Below are positions 29,043 through 38,176 of a stretch of 60,722 bases of DNA, one piece after another. The position numbers and the translations under genes are program-made. Source of the DNA: an uncultured SAR116 cluster alpha proteobacterium (lineage in GTDB: Bacteria > Pseudomonadota > Alphaproteobacteria > Puniceispirillales > Marisalimonadaceae). Every line of letters begins with the position of its first letter. The first letter of the stretch is position 1. Below the pieces are notes generated by a model. That model searched no databases, was not told the origin of the DNA, and was given only the letters and a program-made list of their open reading frames with translations. The stretch covers positions 1-60,722 of the forward strand of contig CACOVB010000001.1 in NCBI GenBank assembly GCA_902630555.1, in the 5' to 3' direction.

Positions 29043-29739
29043 TGTCAAATTCTTTACTGTTAAAAGTATTTAATTTCCATCCAAAGCCTCTTATAGTTTG
29101 AAGGTAAGTTGGAAACCTTTGATCTTTTTCAATTTTTTTTCTGATTCTAGTAATTGCAACATCAATTGATCTGTCTTCCATTTTTCCACCTAACATTTTA
29201 TTTAAATCATCTCGAGAGAGAGCTTTATTAGGCATTTTTGCAAAGCATTTTAATAAATTTTGTTCTGACGTAGTAAGATGTATCGATAAGCCATTTTTGT
29301 AAAGATTTAATGAATCCATATTAAAGAAAAATGGACCAAACTCTAGATTTGAACTAGGTTTTATTTTATTAATATAAGAATTTCTTTTTAAGATATTTTT
29401 TATTCTTAGTAACAGTTCTTTAGGTTGGAATGGTTTTGAAAGATAATCATCAGCACCAGTTTCTAATCCATCAATTCTATCTTCAGTTGAGGACATTGCT
29501 GTTAACATTAAAATTGGAACTCTACTATTTTTTCTTATTTCTTTTAAAAATTGAAGTCCTGTTTTTCCAGGCATCATTATATCTAGTATAATTAAATCAA
29601 AGATAATACTATTCATTAAATTTTGAGCATCGTAAGCGTTAGAAGCATCTGATACTAAAAATTCATTGCTTTTTAAAAAATCACTTAAAAGATTTCTTAA
29701 TTTTTGATCATCATCAACAATTAAAATATGTGAATTAAT
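29032..29739 (-). CDS. OmpR-family response regulator; 5' end extended beyond the ORF-track ATG to an apparent ATT start
   Basis: The C-terminal winged helix is present (RSIDVAITRIRKKIE...YLQTIRGFGWKL), and the phospho-acceptor lies in IILDIMMPG. The receiver beta1 and acidic pocket (HILIVDDDQKLRNLL) are encoded in frame upstream of ATG 29616. No ATG/GTG/TTG occurs back to the in-frame TAA at 29790-29788. GAGG (29749-29746) lies 6 nt before ATT 29739. Confidence 0.8.
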   Translation of the reverse strand: MNSHILIVDDDQKLRNLLSDFLKSNEFLVSDASNAYDAQNLMNSIIFDLIILDIMMPGKTGLQFLKEIRKNSRVPILMLTAMSSTEDRIDGLETGADDYLSKPFQPKELLLRIKNILKRNSYINKIKPSSNLEFGPFFFNMDSLNLYKNGLSIHLTTSEQNLLKCFAKMPNKALSRDDLNKMLGGKMEDRSIDVAITRIRKKIEKDQRFPTYLQTIRGFGWKLNTFNSKEFDNEA

Positions 29740-29868
29740 AATTAACCTCGTTAAACATAGTTTATTTAGAATTATTACAACTCCAAGTTAAATTACAATT
29801 TTATTTTTTAAATTTAGTAGTTACTTTTTAAAAAAATTTGTTTAAATTAAGATTTTTATGAGGTTTTT

Positions 29869-30744
29869 GTGATACAGGGTTTTGATAATAGAGAAGGAAA
29901 AATTTGGCTCAATGGAAAGTTAGTTGAGTGGAACGATTCAAAAATACATGTGCTAAATCATGGATTGCATTACGCTAGCTCAGTTTTTGAAGGCGAAAGA
30001 GCCTATAATGGTAAAATCTTTAAATCTGAAGAACACACTCAAAGATTCTTTGAGGGTGCTCAAACTATGGATATGGAAATACCTTTCACTCAATCTGAAA
30101 TTTTGAATGCAAAAAAAGAATTAATTATTTCTAATGATTTAAAAGACGCATATGTGAGACCTATAGCATGGCGTGGTAGTGAAATGATGGCCGTATCAGC
30201 TCAAAAAACAACTATTAATGTTGCTATTGCTTCATGGGCATGGCCAAGTTATTTTGACCCGAGTGAAAAAATGAAAGGTATTAAATTAGATATTGCTAAA
30301 TGGAGAAGGCCTGACCCAAATTGTGCTCCTGTCCATGTCAAAGCGTCTGGATTGTATATGATATGTACCCTATCAAAACATGATGCTGAAGCAAAAGGTT
30401 ATAGTGATGCAGTGATGTTAGACTGGAGGGATCTTATAGCAGAGGCAACCGGTGCTAATATATTTTTCAAATTTAAAGACGGAAATTTATATACCCCAAA
30501 ACCTGATTGTTTTTTAGATGGAATTACAAGACGTACAGTAATAAATTTGGCTAAAGATTTAGGTGTAAATACTATTGAAAAACAATTAAGACTAGAGGAT
30601 ATAAATGATGCTGAAGAATGTTTTTTAACTGGAACAGCGGCAGAAGTTACGCCTGTAAGTCAAATTGGTGAAGATATAAAATTTACTCCTGGTGATTTAT
30701 CATTTAATTTAATGAAAGCATACGAAAAAGTTGTACACAGCTAG
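29869..30744 (+). CDS. ilvE: Branched-chain amino acid aminotransferase
   Basis: HGLHYASSVFEGERAY, YVRPIAWRG, GTAAEVTPV. GTG is the first canonical start after the in-frame stop, with GAGG 5 nt upstream. Confidence 0.92.
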   Translation: MIQGFDNREGKIWLNGKLVEWNDSKIHVLNHGLHYASSVFEGERAYNGKIFKSEEHTQRFFEGAQTMDMEIPFTQSEILNAKKELIISNDLKDAYVRPIAWRGSEMMAVSAQKTTINVAIASWAWPSYFDPSEKMKGIKLDIAKWRRPDPNCAPVHVKASGLYMICTLSKHDAEAKGYSDAVMLDWRDLIAEATGANIFFKFKDGNLYTPKPDCFLDGITRRTVINLAKDLGVNTIEKQLRLEDINDAEECFLTGTAAEVTPVSQIGEDIKFTPGDLSFNLMKAYEKVVHS

Positions 30745-30748
30745 TTAA

Positions 30749-31207
30749 TCAACTCCATTTTTTTAGGGCTTCGATTTCTTTTTTATCTTGAATTACCCAT
30801 TTATTTTTGTTTTCAAATTTTTCTATTTTCCAAAACGTAGCATTTGTTTTTAAATAATCCATAATAAAGTTACATGCATTAAATGCATTATGTCTATGTT
30901 TTGAGCTCACACCAACGTATACAATTTTATCTTTAGGAAACAATTTACCTATTCTATGAATAATGGAAATGTAATTTATATCCCATTTTTTTAAGGCTTT
31001 TTCTGCTATTTTTAAAATTTCATTTTCTGTCATTACAGGATAGTGTTCTAATGTCATTGATAAAATGTTTTTATTATTTTTGTCTTTAGCCCTAACAGTT
31101 CCTAAAAAGTTCACTATTGCTCCAGTATTATTGTTTAAAAGAAATTTATTTTCTCGATCGACATTAAAAGATTTTTTTTGAATTTTGATTTTAACTTTTC
31201 TAGATAT
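30749..31207 (-). CDS. moaE: Molybdopterin synthase catalytic subunit; 5' end extended beyond the ORF-track GTG, exact start uncertain and non-canonical
   Basis: GAIVNFLGTVR, LEHYPVMTE, IHRIGKL, VGVSSKHRHNAFNACNFIMDYLKTNATFWK. The upstream in-frame sequence KVKIKIQKKSFNVDRENKFLLNNNTGAIV matches the usual MoaE N-terminal 30 aa. No ATG/GTG/TTG lies between the in-frame TGA (31222-31220) and GTG 31114. Confidence 0.85.
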   Translation of the reverse strand: MSRKVKIKIQKKSFNVDRENKFLLNNNTGAIVNFLGTVRAKDKNNKNILSMTLEHYPVMTENEILKIAEKALKKWDINYISIIHRIGKLFPKDKIVYVGVSSKHRHNAFNACNFIMDYLKTNATFWKIEKFENKNKWVIQDKKEIEALKKWS

Positions 31208-31208
31208 T

Positions 31209-31460
31209 TTAACCTCCAGTCACAGGAGGGAAGAAAGCTATTTCATCATCATTTTTAATTTTTGTAGATTTTGAAATGTAAATTTTATTTTGTGCGACTT
31301 TAATAGTTGCACGTTTACTAAATGCTTTTTTGTATTGTTCATTTTTTGTGATTAAAAAATCAATTAGTTTTTCTGGGGTATCTATATCTGGTGAAATTGA
31401 GATTGTTTCTTCAGATTTGCCTACAATATCTTTTACCCACGAAAAATATTTAATTATCAT
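31209..31460 (-). CDS. moaD: Molybdopterin synthase sulfur-carrier subunit
   Basis: About 83 aa, MIIKYFSWVKDIVG N-terminus and C-terminal FFPPVTGG (Gly-Gly). ATG 31460 is preferred; the longer ORF to 31508 would overlap pgsA. Confidence 0.85.
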   Translation of the reverse strand: MIIKYFSWVKDIVGKSEETISISPDIDTPEKLIDFLITKNEQYKKAFSKRATIKVAQNKIYISKSTKIKNDDEIAFFPPVTGG

Positions 31461-31473
31461 ATTTACCAATATC

Positions 31474-32049
31474 CTATAAATGATTCCATACTTTTTTGAG
31501 ATAATCATAACATGTAATTATAGTTATTATCCCTGCAAACCAAATTAATAAAACGGATAAAATAAAAATAATTTTTGATTCGAAAAAAAATGAATGAGAT
31601 CTCCAAACAAGGTATGTTGAGCAGGCAACGATTTGAATTGTTGTTTTCCATTTAGCTAAAACTGAAACATCAAGTGTTATATTCATATTGTATGTTTGTT
31701 CTCTAATGCCAGTTATGAAAATTTCTCTTAATACTATGAATAAAACTGGAATGAAAGTATAGTAATAGTCAAAAAAACCCTCCATACTAAGAGCTAATAA
31801 TGTTGAAATAATCAGCATTTTATCAGCAACAGGATCAATAATTTTACCAAAATTTGATGTTACATTATATTTTCTTGCTAAGAAGCCATCAAAAAAATCG
31901 GTAATTCCAGCAATGATAAAAATTATTGGTGCGAGAATAGCACCAATTTCATCTCCGTAAACAATAAACCAAGGCACAATGATACTACTAAGACATCTAA
32001 AGCTTGTAAGAAAATTTGGTATATGTTTTTGTAATTTAACTGAATGCAT
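31474..32049 (-). CDS. pgsA: CDP-diacylglycerol--glycerol-3-phosphate 3-phosphatidyltransferase
   Basis: CDP-alcohol phosphatidyltransferase motif DFFDGFLARKYNVTSNFGKIIDPVADK. The uvrC-pgsA adjacency matches E. coli. Confidence 0.9.
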   Translation of the reverse strand: MHSVKLQKHIPNFLTSFRCLSSIIVPWFIVYGDEIGAILAPIIFIIAGITDFFDGFLARKYNVTSNFGKIIDPVADKMLIISTLLALSMEGFFDYYYTFIPVLFIVLREIFITGIREQTYNMNITLDVSVLAKWKTTIQIVACSTYLVWRSHSFFFESKIIFILSVLLIWFAGIITIITCYDYLKKVWNHL

Positions 32050-32072
32050 AAGTTATATTAATAATTTATTTT

Positions 32073-33947
32073 TTAACTACCATTAAAAAAATTAAAAATT
32101 ATTTCAGCAGTTTTTTTATTTATATTTGGTACTTTTTCTAAATCTTCAATCGAAGCTTTTTTAATACCATTACTGGATCCAAAATAATTTAATAGATTTC
32201 TTTTTCTGATCTTCCCAATGCCTTGTATTTCGTCTACAGGATTTTTGAAAAGAGCTTTTGTCCTTTTACTTCTATGATATCCAATTGCGAATCTATGTGC
32301 CTCATCACGTAAATTTTGTAAAAAAAATCGTATTGGATCATTTTTATTTAAAAATAGTTCTTTATTGTCACCGTAATAAAAATTTTCATTTCCAGAGTTT
32401 CTATCTCTTCCTTTTGAAACAGCTAATACAAAAATTTTATGATTTTTAATTTGATTTAATGTATCTTGAACTTTTCTTAAATGCCCTTTTCCGCCATCAA
32501 TAAGAACTAAATCTGGTGGCTCAATGGTAGTATTATTTTTAAAGCGTCTCGTTATAACTTCTTCCATCATAGAATAATCATCATTAAATTTAAATGTTTT
32601 CTCTTGAATTAACCCTTTAATTATAAATTTTCTATATAAGTTTTTTTCAAAGCCATTCTCTGTAAATGTAATGAATGCTCCAATTGCGTTTGTCCCTTGG
32701 TTATGAGAATTATCATATGTCTCTATTTTTTTAATTTCATTAATGTTAAGCAATTTACTTAAATTAAATAAGTTTTTCTTATTTGAGGTGCTTTGAAAAA
32801 GTTTTTTATTTAAATTTTGAAGAGCTGTTTTCTCTAAATCATTTAGTATTTTTAATTTAAAACCTTTCAGTGGGTTATAAATTTTTACCAAATGTTTTTG
32901 TTGTTTAGAAAAAAGTTCCTCAAGTAAACTTTTTTGTTTTGGTGTAACATTAACAATTATTAATTTTGGTGCGTCATTATTTTTATAATATTGATTTAAA
33001 AAGGCAGACATGATTTCATTTTCTTTTAAATCATCGGCGTGATCAGTGATTTTTGGAAAATGAGAAATTGAACCATAATTACTTCCATTTCTAATAATTG
33101 ACATTTGAACTACACAATGATTTTGTTTTTTTATCATATAAATTAAATCAAGATTTTTTAGGTTTTGATAATTTATATTTTGAGACGTTATAACATTTGA
33201 TATCGCATAAATTTGATTTCTTAAAATAGCAGCTTCTTCATAATTTTGATTTTCAGATTTTTCATACATTTTATCTGACAAAATCTTTTTAATATTTTGT
33301 GATTTTCCTGACAAAAAATTAATTACATTTTGTATTCCTTCTAAATATTCAACTTTAGAAATATAATTAACGCATGGAGCGCTACATCTTTTTATTTGAT
33401 ATTGAAGGCAGGGTCTGGATCGAGTATTAAAAATATTATCTGAACAATTTCTGATTAAAAAAACCTTTTGCAACGTTTCGATTGTCTTGTTGATTGAACC
33501 TTTAGAAGTGAATGGGCCAAAATATTTTCCTTTTTTATTTTTCATTCCTCTGTGAGTTATCATTTTTGGAAAGTCGTCATTGGTTGATATATATATAGAA
33601 CTAAAACTTTTATCGTCTTTTAATAGAACATTAAACTTTGGTTCGAATTTTTTAATTAAGTTAGATTCTAGTAGCAAAGCCTCTACCTCAGAATTGGTAA
33701 TATTGACTTCTATATTTTGGATATTACTTATCATTGTAATTAAACGTCTATTTAGTTTATTAGCTTTAGTATAGCTGAGAACTCTTTTGTATAAATTCTT
33801 AGCTTTTCCAATATATATTGGTTCGTCTGAGGAATTTATCATTTTATAAATTCCAGGTTTTTTAGGAATGTTTTTAAGTTCTAATAAAATAACTTTTATT
33901 CCATGTTCAAGATTTAAATGATTACCAACTTTGGTTATTTTATTCAT
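32073..33947 (-). CDS. uvrC: Excinuclease ABC subunit C
   Basis: GIY-YIG domain (PGIYKM...IYIGKAKNLYKRV), a UVR domain, the endonuclease domain and a C-terminal (HhH)2. Confidence 0.95.
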   Translation of the reverse strand: MNKITKVGNHLNLEHGIKVILLELKNIPKKPGIYKMINSSDEPIYIGKAKNLYKRVLSYTKANKLNRRLITMISNIQNIEVNITNSEVEALLLESNLIKKFEPKFNVLLKDDKSFSSIYISTNDDFPKMITHRGMKNKKGKYFGPFTSKGSINKTIETLQKVFLIRNCSDNIFNTRSRPCLQYQIKRCSAPCVNYISKVEYLEGIQNVINFLSGKSQNIKKILSDKMYEKSENQNYEEAAILRNQIYAISNVITSQNINYQNLKNLDLIYMIKKQNHCVVQMSIIRNGSNYGSISHFPKITDHADDLKENEIMSAFLNQYYKNNDAPKLIIVNVTPKQKSLLEELFSKQQKHLVKIYNPLKGFKLKILNDLEKTALQNLNKKLFQSTSNKKNLFNLSKLLNINEIKKIETYDNSHNQGTNAIGAFITFTENGFEKNLYRKFIIKGLIQEKTFKFNDDYSMMEEVITRRFKNNTTIEPPDLVLIDGGKGHLRKVQDTLNQIKNHKIFVLAVSKGRDRNSGNENFYYGDNKELFLNKNDPIRFFLQNLRDEAHRFAIGYHRSKRTKALFKNPVDEIQGIGKIRKRNLLNYFGSSNGIKKASIEDLEKVPNINKKTAEIIFNFFNGS

Positions 33948-33979
33948 AGCTAGATTATAATTTTTGAAACATCAAAAAT

Positions 33980-35965
33980 CTATTTTTTTAATAAACCAAT
34001 TTCCTTTTGTTGAAGCCGATTAATAATATCTCTTAATTTTGCTGCTTCTTCAAATTCTAAATTACTTGCAGCTACTCTCATTTCTTTTTCAAGTTCAGCA
34101 ATTGATTTAACATGTTTCATTATTTTTTTTTCTTCTTTTTTATTATCATCATTTAAGTCGGACAAAATATCAGAAATTTTATTTTGTATAGTTTTGGGTT
34201 CAATATTATTCTTTTTATTAAAAAAAAGTTGTTTTTCCCTTCTTCTATTAGTTTCATCCATTGCGTATTGCATTGATGTTGTTATTTTGTCAGCATATAG
34301 AATAACCTTGCCCTCAAGATTTCTTGCTGCTCTTCCAATTGTTTGAATTAAAGATGTTTTAGATCTTAAATAACCCTCTTTATCAGCATCAAGTACCGCG
34401 ACAAGTGCACACTCTGGAATATCTAAACCTTCTCTAAGTAAATTAATCCCAATCAAAACTTCAAATTTTCCTAATCTCAAATCTCTTATAATTTCAATTC
34501 TTTCTAATGTTTCTACATCAGAGTGAATGTATCTAACTTTTAAATTAGCCTCATGCATAAATTCTGTGAGAGATTCTGCCATTTTCTTTGTCAAGGTCGT
34601 TACAAGAATTCTATGATTTTTTTTAATTTCTTTTTTACATTCATCTATTAAATCATCTACTTGGTTTGAAGTAGGCTTAACAATAATCTTTGGGTCAATT
34701 AATCCTGTTGGTCTTACTAATTGTTCAACAAAAACTCCATTTGTTTTATCAAGCTCCCATTCACCAGGAGTTGCTGAAACATAAATTGTTTGAGGTCTAA
34801 ACATTTCCCATTCTTCAAATTTTAATGGTCTATTGTCTAAGCAAGAGGGCAATCTAAATCCATATTCAGATAGAGTAAGTTTTCTGCTATGATCACCTTT
34901 ATACATCGCTCCAATCTGACTTACGCTAATGTGACTTTCATCTGCAAAAACTAAAGAGTTTTTAGGCAAATATTCAAATAATGTTGGAGGTGGTTCACCT
35001 GGATTTCTACCTGACAAATATCTACTATAATTTTCTATTCCGGGACAAGTTCCAGCTGCTTGTATCATAGCCAAGTCATGATTCGTTCTTTGTTCCAGTC
35101 TTTGAGCTTCAAGTAATTTATTTTCGTTGTAAAATTGGTTTAATCTAATTTTTAGTTCTTCTTTAATTTGTTTAATTGCCTGATTTAATGTTGGTTTGGG
35201 TGTTACATAATGTGAGTTTGCATATAATTTAATTTGATCAAGTTTATTTAATTTATTACCGGTTAAGGCATCAATTTCATGAATTTCTTCAATTTCATCT
35301 CCAAAAAAATTTATTCTCCATGCAGCATTTTCATAATGCGCTGGAAAAATTTCAACAATGTCACCCCTTACTCTAAATGTACCTCTTGAAAAGTTTAAAT
35401 TATTTCTCTTATATTGAAGTTCTGTAAATTGTCTAATTAATTTATGTTGTGATATATTATCACCTTTTTTTAAATTAATTGTCATTTGTGAATAAGTTTC
35501 AACAGATCCAATTCCGTATATACATGATACCGATGCAACAATTATAACATCATTTCTTTCTAATAAAGATCTAGTTGCTGAATGTCTCATTCTATCAATT
35601 TGTTCATTAATACTAGACTCTTTCTCAATGAACGTATCAGATCTTGGAACGTAAGCTTCAGGCTGATAATAATCATAATATGAAACAAAATATTCTACTG
35701 CATTCTCAGGAAAAAATTCTTTCATTTCACCATATAATTGAGCTGCAAGAGTCTTATTTGGAGCCATTATTAAAGTTGGTTTATTAACGGATTTTATAAC
35801 GTGAGCCATTGTAAAAGTTTTCCCTGAACCAGTTACACCCATAAGTACTTGGTCTTTTTCCTTTTTATTTATGCCTTCAATTAAATCATTTATTGCTTTA
35901 GGTTGATCTCCTGCTGGATCAAAATCTGATTTTAGTTTAAATTCATGATTATTGGCAATAGACAT
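33980..35965 (-). CDS. uvrB: Excinuclease ABC subunit B
   Basis: [20 protein letters not shown], helicase motifs, and C-terminal UVR domain [10 protein letters not shown]. Confidence 0.97.
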   Translation of the reverse strand: MSIANNHEFKLKSDFDPAGDQPKAINDLIEGINKKEKDQVLMGVTGSGKTFTMAHVIKSVNKPTLIMAPNKTLAAQLYGEMKEFFPENAVEYFVSYYDYYQPEAYVPRSDTFIEKESSINEQIDRMRHSATRSLLERNDVIIVASVSCIYGIGSVETYSQMTINLKKGDNISQHKLIRQFTELQYKRNNLNFSRGTFRVRGDIVEIFPAHYENAAWRINFFGDEIEEIHEIDALTGNKLNKLDQIKLYANSHYVTPKPTLNQAIKQIKEELKIRLNQFYNENKLLEAQRLEQRTNHDLAMIQAAGTCPGIENYSRYLSGRNPGEPPPTLFEYLPKNSLVFADESHISVSQIGAMYKGDHSRKLTLSEYGFRLPSCLDNRPLKFEEWEMFRPQTIYVSATPGEWELDKTNGVFVEQLVRPTGLIDPKIIVKPTSNQVDDLIDECKKEIKKNHRILVTTLTKKMAESLTEFMHEANLKVRYIHSDVETLERIEIIRDLRLGKFEVLIGINLLREGLDIPECALVAVLDADKEGYLRSKTSLIQTIGRAARNLEGKVILYADKITTSMQYAMDETNRRREKQLFFNKKNNIEPKTIQNKISDILSDLNDDNKKEEKKIMKHVKSIAELEKEMRVAASNLEFEEAAKLRDIINRLQQKEIGLLKK

Positions 35966-36022
35966 AATATTGATTTATGATAGAAAGAAAAATATTCAAT
36001 AGCATTAGTAATTGGAGTTTAA

Positions 36023-37225
36023 ATGGATTTTATTTCACACAGTTTAAAAAAAATTAAGCCATCACCTACAATGGTTATTACAGCTAAAGCAAGAGAACTT
36101 AGAGCTGCTGGTAAAAAAATAATTAGCTTATCTGCTGGAGAACCAGATTTTGATACGCCAGAACATGTAAAAGATGCTGCAATTAAAGCGATAAATATGG
36201 GTTATACTAAATATACTAATGTAGAGGGTATACCTGAGTTAAAACAAGCAATAGTAAATAAATTTAAAAATGACAACGAGATAGATTATAATATGGATCA
36301 AGTTATAGTTGGAGTTGGAGGAAAACAGATTTTATTTAATGCTTTGTTTGCTTCATTAAATTCAGGAGATGAAGTAATTATCCCTACACCGTATTGGGTT
36401 TCATATCCAGACATGACAATATTAGCTGGTGGCACCCCGAAGTTCTTGAATTGTAATGAAGAAAATGATTTCAAAATAAACCCTGCTCAACTAGATAAAA
36501 TCATATCAGAAAAAACAAAATGGATAATTTTAAATAGTCCTTCTAATCCGTCAGGTTCTTGTTATACAAAACAAGAGTTAATTTATATTGCAGATGTTTT
36601 AAGACAACATAAAGATGTGAATGTTATAACAGATGATATATATGAATATATAGTATATGATGATTTTAAATTTTATACATTAGCACAAATTGCTCCAGAT
36701 TTGAAAGATAGAATACTTACGGTCAACGGTGTTTCAAAAAGCTATTGCATGACTGGTTGGAGAATTGGTTATGCAGCTGGGAGAAAAGATTTGATACTAG
36801 CTATGATGAAAATACAAGGTCAATCAACCTCTAATCCAACTTCAATATCACAATATGCAGCCTTAGCTGGATTGAATGGTGATAGAAAATTTTTAGAACC
36901 GTGTTTAAAAGCATTTAATGAAAGAAAAAATCTTGTGGTTGAAGGTTTAAATTCCATTGATGGTATAAGTTGTTTAATGCCAAAAGGAGCATTTTATGCT
37001 TACCCAAATGTTTCTGGATTAATCGGTAAAAAAACTAAAAATGGAAAATCTTTAAGCAATGATACAGAAGTTGTTGAGTGGATTTTAGAAGAAGCTAAAG
37101 TTGCGGCTGTTCCAGGTAGTGCATTTGGTCTAGAGCCATATTTTAGAGTTTCGTATGCGACAAGCACCGAGGATCTTAAAATAGCAATACAGAATCTAAA
37201 AAACTCTGTTAGTGAATTGATCTAA
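36023..37225 (+). CDS. Aspartate/aromatic aminotransferase (PLP-dependent, class I)
   Basis: LSAGEPDFDTP, NSPSNPSG, and PLP-lysine motif SKSYCMTGWRIGY. Confidence 0.9.
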   Translation: MDFISHSLKKIKPSPTMVITAKARELRAAGKKIISLSAGEPDFDTPEHVKDAAIKAINMGYTKYTNVEGIPELKQAIVNKFKNDNEIDYNMDQVIVGVGGKQILFNALFASLNSGDEVIIPTPYWVSYPDMTILAGGTPKFLNCNEENDFKINPAQLDKIISEKTKWIILNSPSNPSGSCYTKQELIYIADVLRQHKDVNVITDDIYEYIVYDDFKFYTLAQIAPDLKDRILTVNGVSKSYCMTGWRIGYAAGRKDLILAMMKIQGQSTSNPTSISQYAALAGLNGDRKFLEPCLKAFNERKNLVVEGLNSIDGISCLMPKGAFYAYPNVSGLIGKKTKNGKSLSNDTEVVEWILEEAKVAAVPGSAFGLEPYFRVSYATSTEDLKIAIQNLKNSVSELI

Positions 37226-38176
37226 ATGTATTTTAAAAAGAAAAAGTCATGGGAAATTTCTGAATCATCGGTAACTGATGAAAGTTATTTTAGAAATAGA
37301 AGGTCTTTCGTCAGTTCTCTTGGGAAATCAGCGTTGATGTTTTCATTATATCCCTCATTTTCTTTAGCTTCATATCAAACTACAAACAAACTTAATGAAA
37401 AATACTTTCTTTCATTGCCTTATACAAGTGAAAAGTTAGCTACTACATACACAAATTTTTACGAATTTGGGTCAAGTAAAAATATTTGGAGAAGAGCTTC
37501 AAAACTTAAAGTTGACAATTGGTCAATCAAAATTGACGGGTTAGTTAAGAAAAAGAAAACATTTGATATTGATAAGCTCAAAAAATTGATTGGACTTGAA
37601 GAAAGAATTTATAGATTTCGCTGTGTTGAAGGTTGGGCGATGGTTGTTCCATGGTTAGGATTTCCAGTTAATAAAATTTTAGAAATTGTTGATCCAGATA
37701 AGGATGCTAATTACGTAAGGTTTGAAACTTTTTATGACCCAAAAATTGCACCAGGTCAAAAACAATCTTGGTACCCTTGGCCATATGTTGAGGGTATATC
37801 TCTTGAGGAAGCAAAAAATGATTTAGCTTTTTTTGCAACTGGGATGTATGGAAAAGATATCCCTAATCAAAATGGTGCTCCTTTAAGATTGGTATTACCT
37901 TGGAAGTATGGTTTTAAATCAATTAAGTCTATTGTAAAAATTACGTTCACAAAAGAAAAACCTATTGGTTTATGGGAAAAATTAGCACCTAAAGAATATG
38001 GTTTTTGGGCAAATGTTAATCCAAATGTTCCCCACCCTAGATGGTCTCAAAGTAAAGAGCAGTTATTAGGAACAAATGAATTTCAAAAAACAAAAATTTA
38101 TAATGGTTATAAAGAAAATGTATCTTATCTCTATTCAAACTTTTCTCAACAGGAAAAATTGAAATTATTTAGATAA
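37226..38176 (+). CDS. msrP: Protein-methionine-sulfoxide reductase catalytic subunit MsrP (YedY-type molybdoenzyme)
   Basis: N-terminus SESSVTDESYFRNRRSFV (Tat motif; compare E. coli SDVTAESVFFMKRRQVL) and YRFRCVEGWAMVVPWLGF. The ATG abuts the upstream stop. Confidence 0.9.
   Translation: MYFKKKKSWEISESSVTDESYFRNRRSFVSSLGKSALMFSLYPSFSLASYQTTNKLNEKYFLSLPYTSEKLATTYTNFYEFGSSKNIWRRASKLKVDNWSIKIDGLVKKKKTFDIDKLKKLIGLEERIYRFRCVEGWAMVVPWLGFPVNKILEIVDPDKDANYVRFETFYDPKIAPGQKQSWYPWPYVEGISLEEAKNDLAFFATGMYGKDIPNQNGAPLRLVLPWKYGFKSIKSIVKITFTKEKPIGLWEKLAPKEYGFWANVNPNVPHPRWSQSKEQLLGTNEFQKTKIYNGYKENVSYLYSNFSQQEKLKLFR

Noticed and set aside
29774-29798. Direct repeat ATTACAA ... ATTACAA (18 nt start-to-start) in the divergent regulator/ilvE promoter region; possible OmpR-type binding site
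   Set aside because: A 7-mer repeat in a very AT-rich spacer is likely to arise by chance. The 18-nt phasing does not match the 10-11 or 21 nt expected for tandem winged-helix binding.
29858-29872. 4-codon uORF (ATG AGG TTT TTG TGA) whose stop overlaps the ilvE GTG start; possible leader peptide
   Set aside because: It is too short for attenuation and has no SD of its own. Its AGG more plausibly serves as the SD for the ilvE GTG, and no terminator/antiterminator structure follows it.
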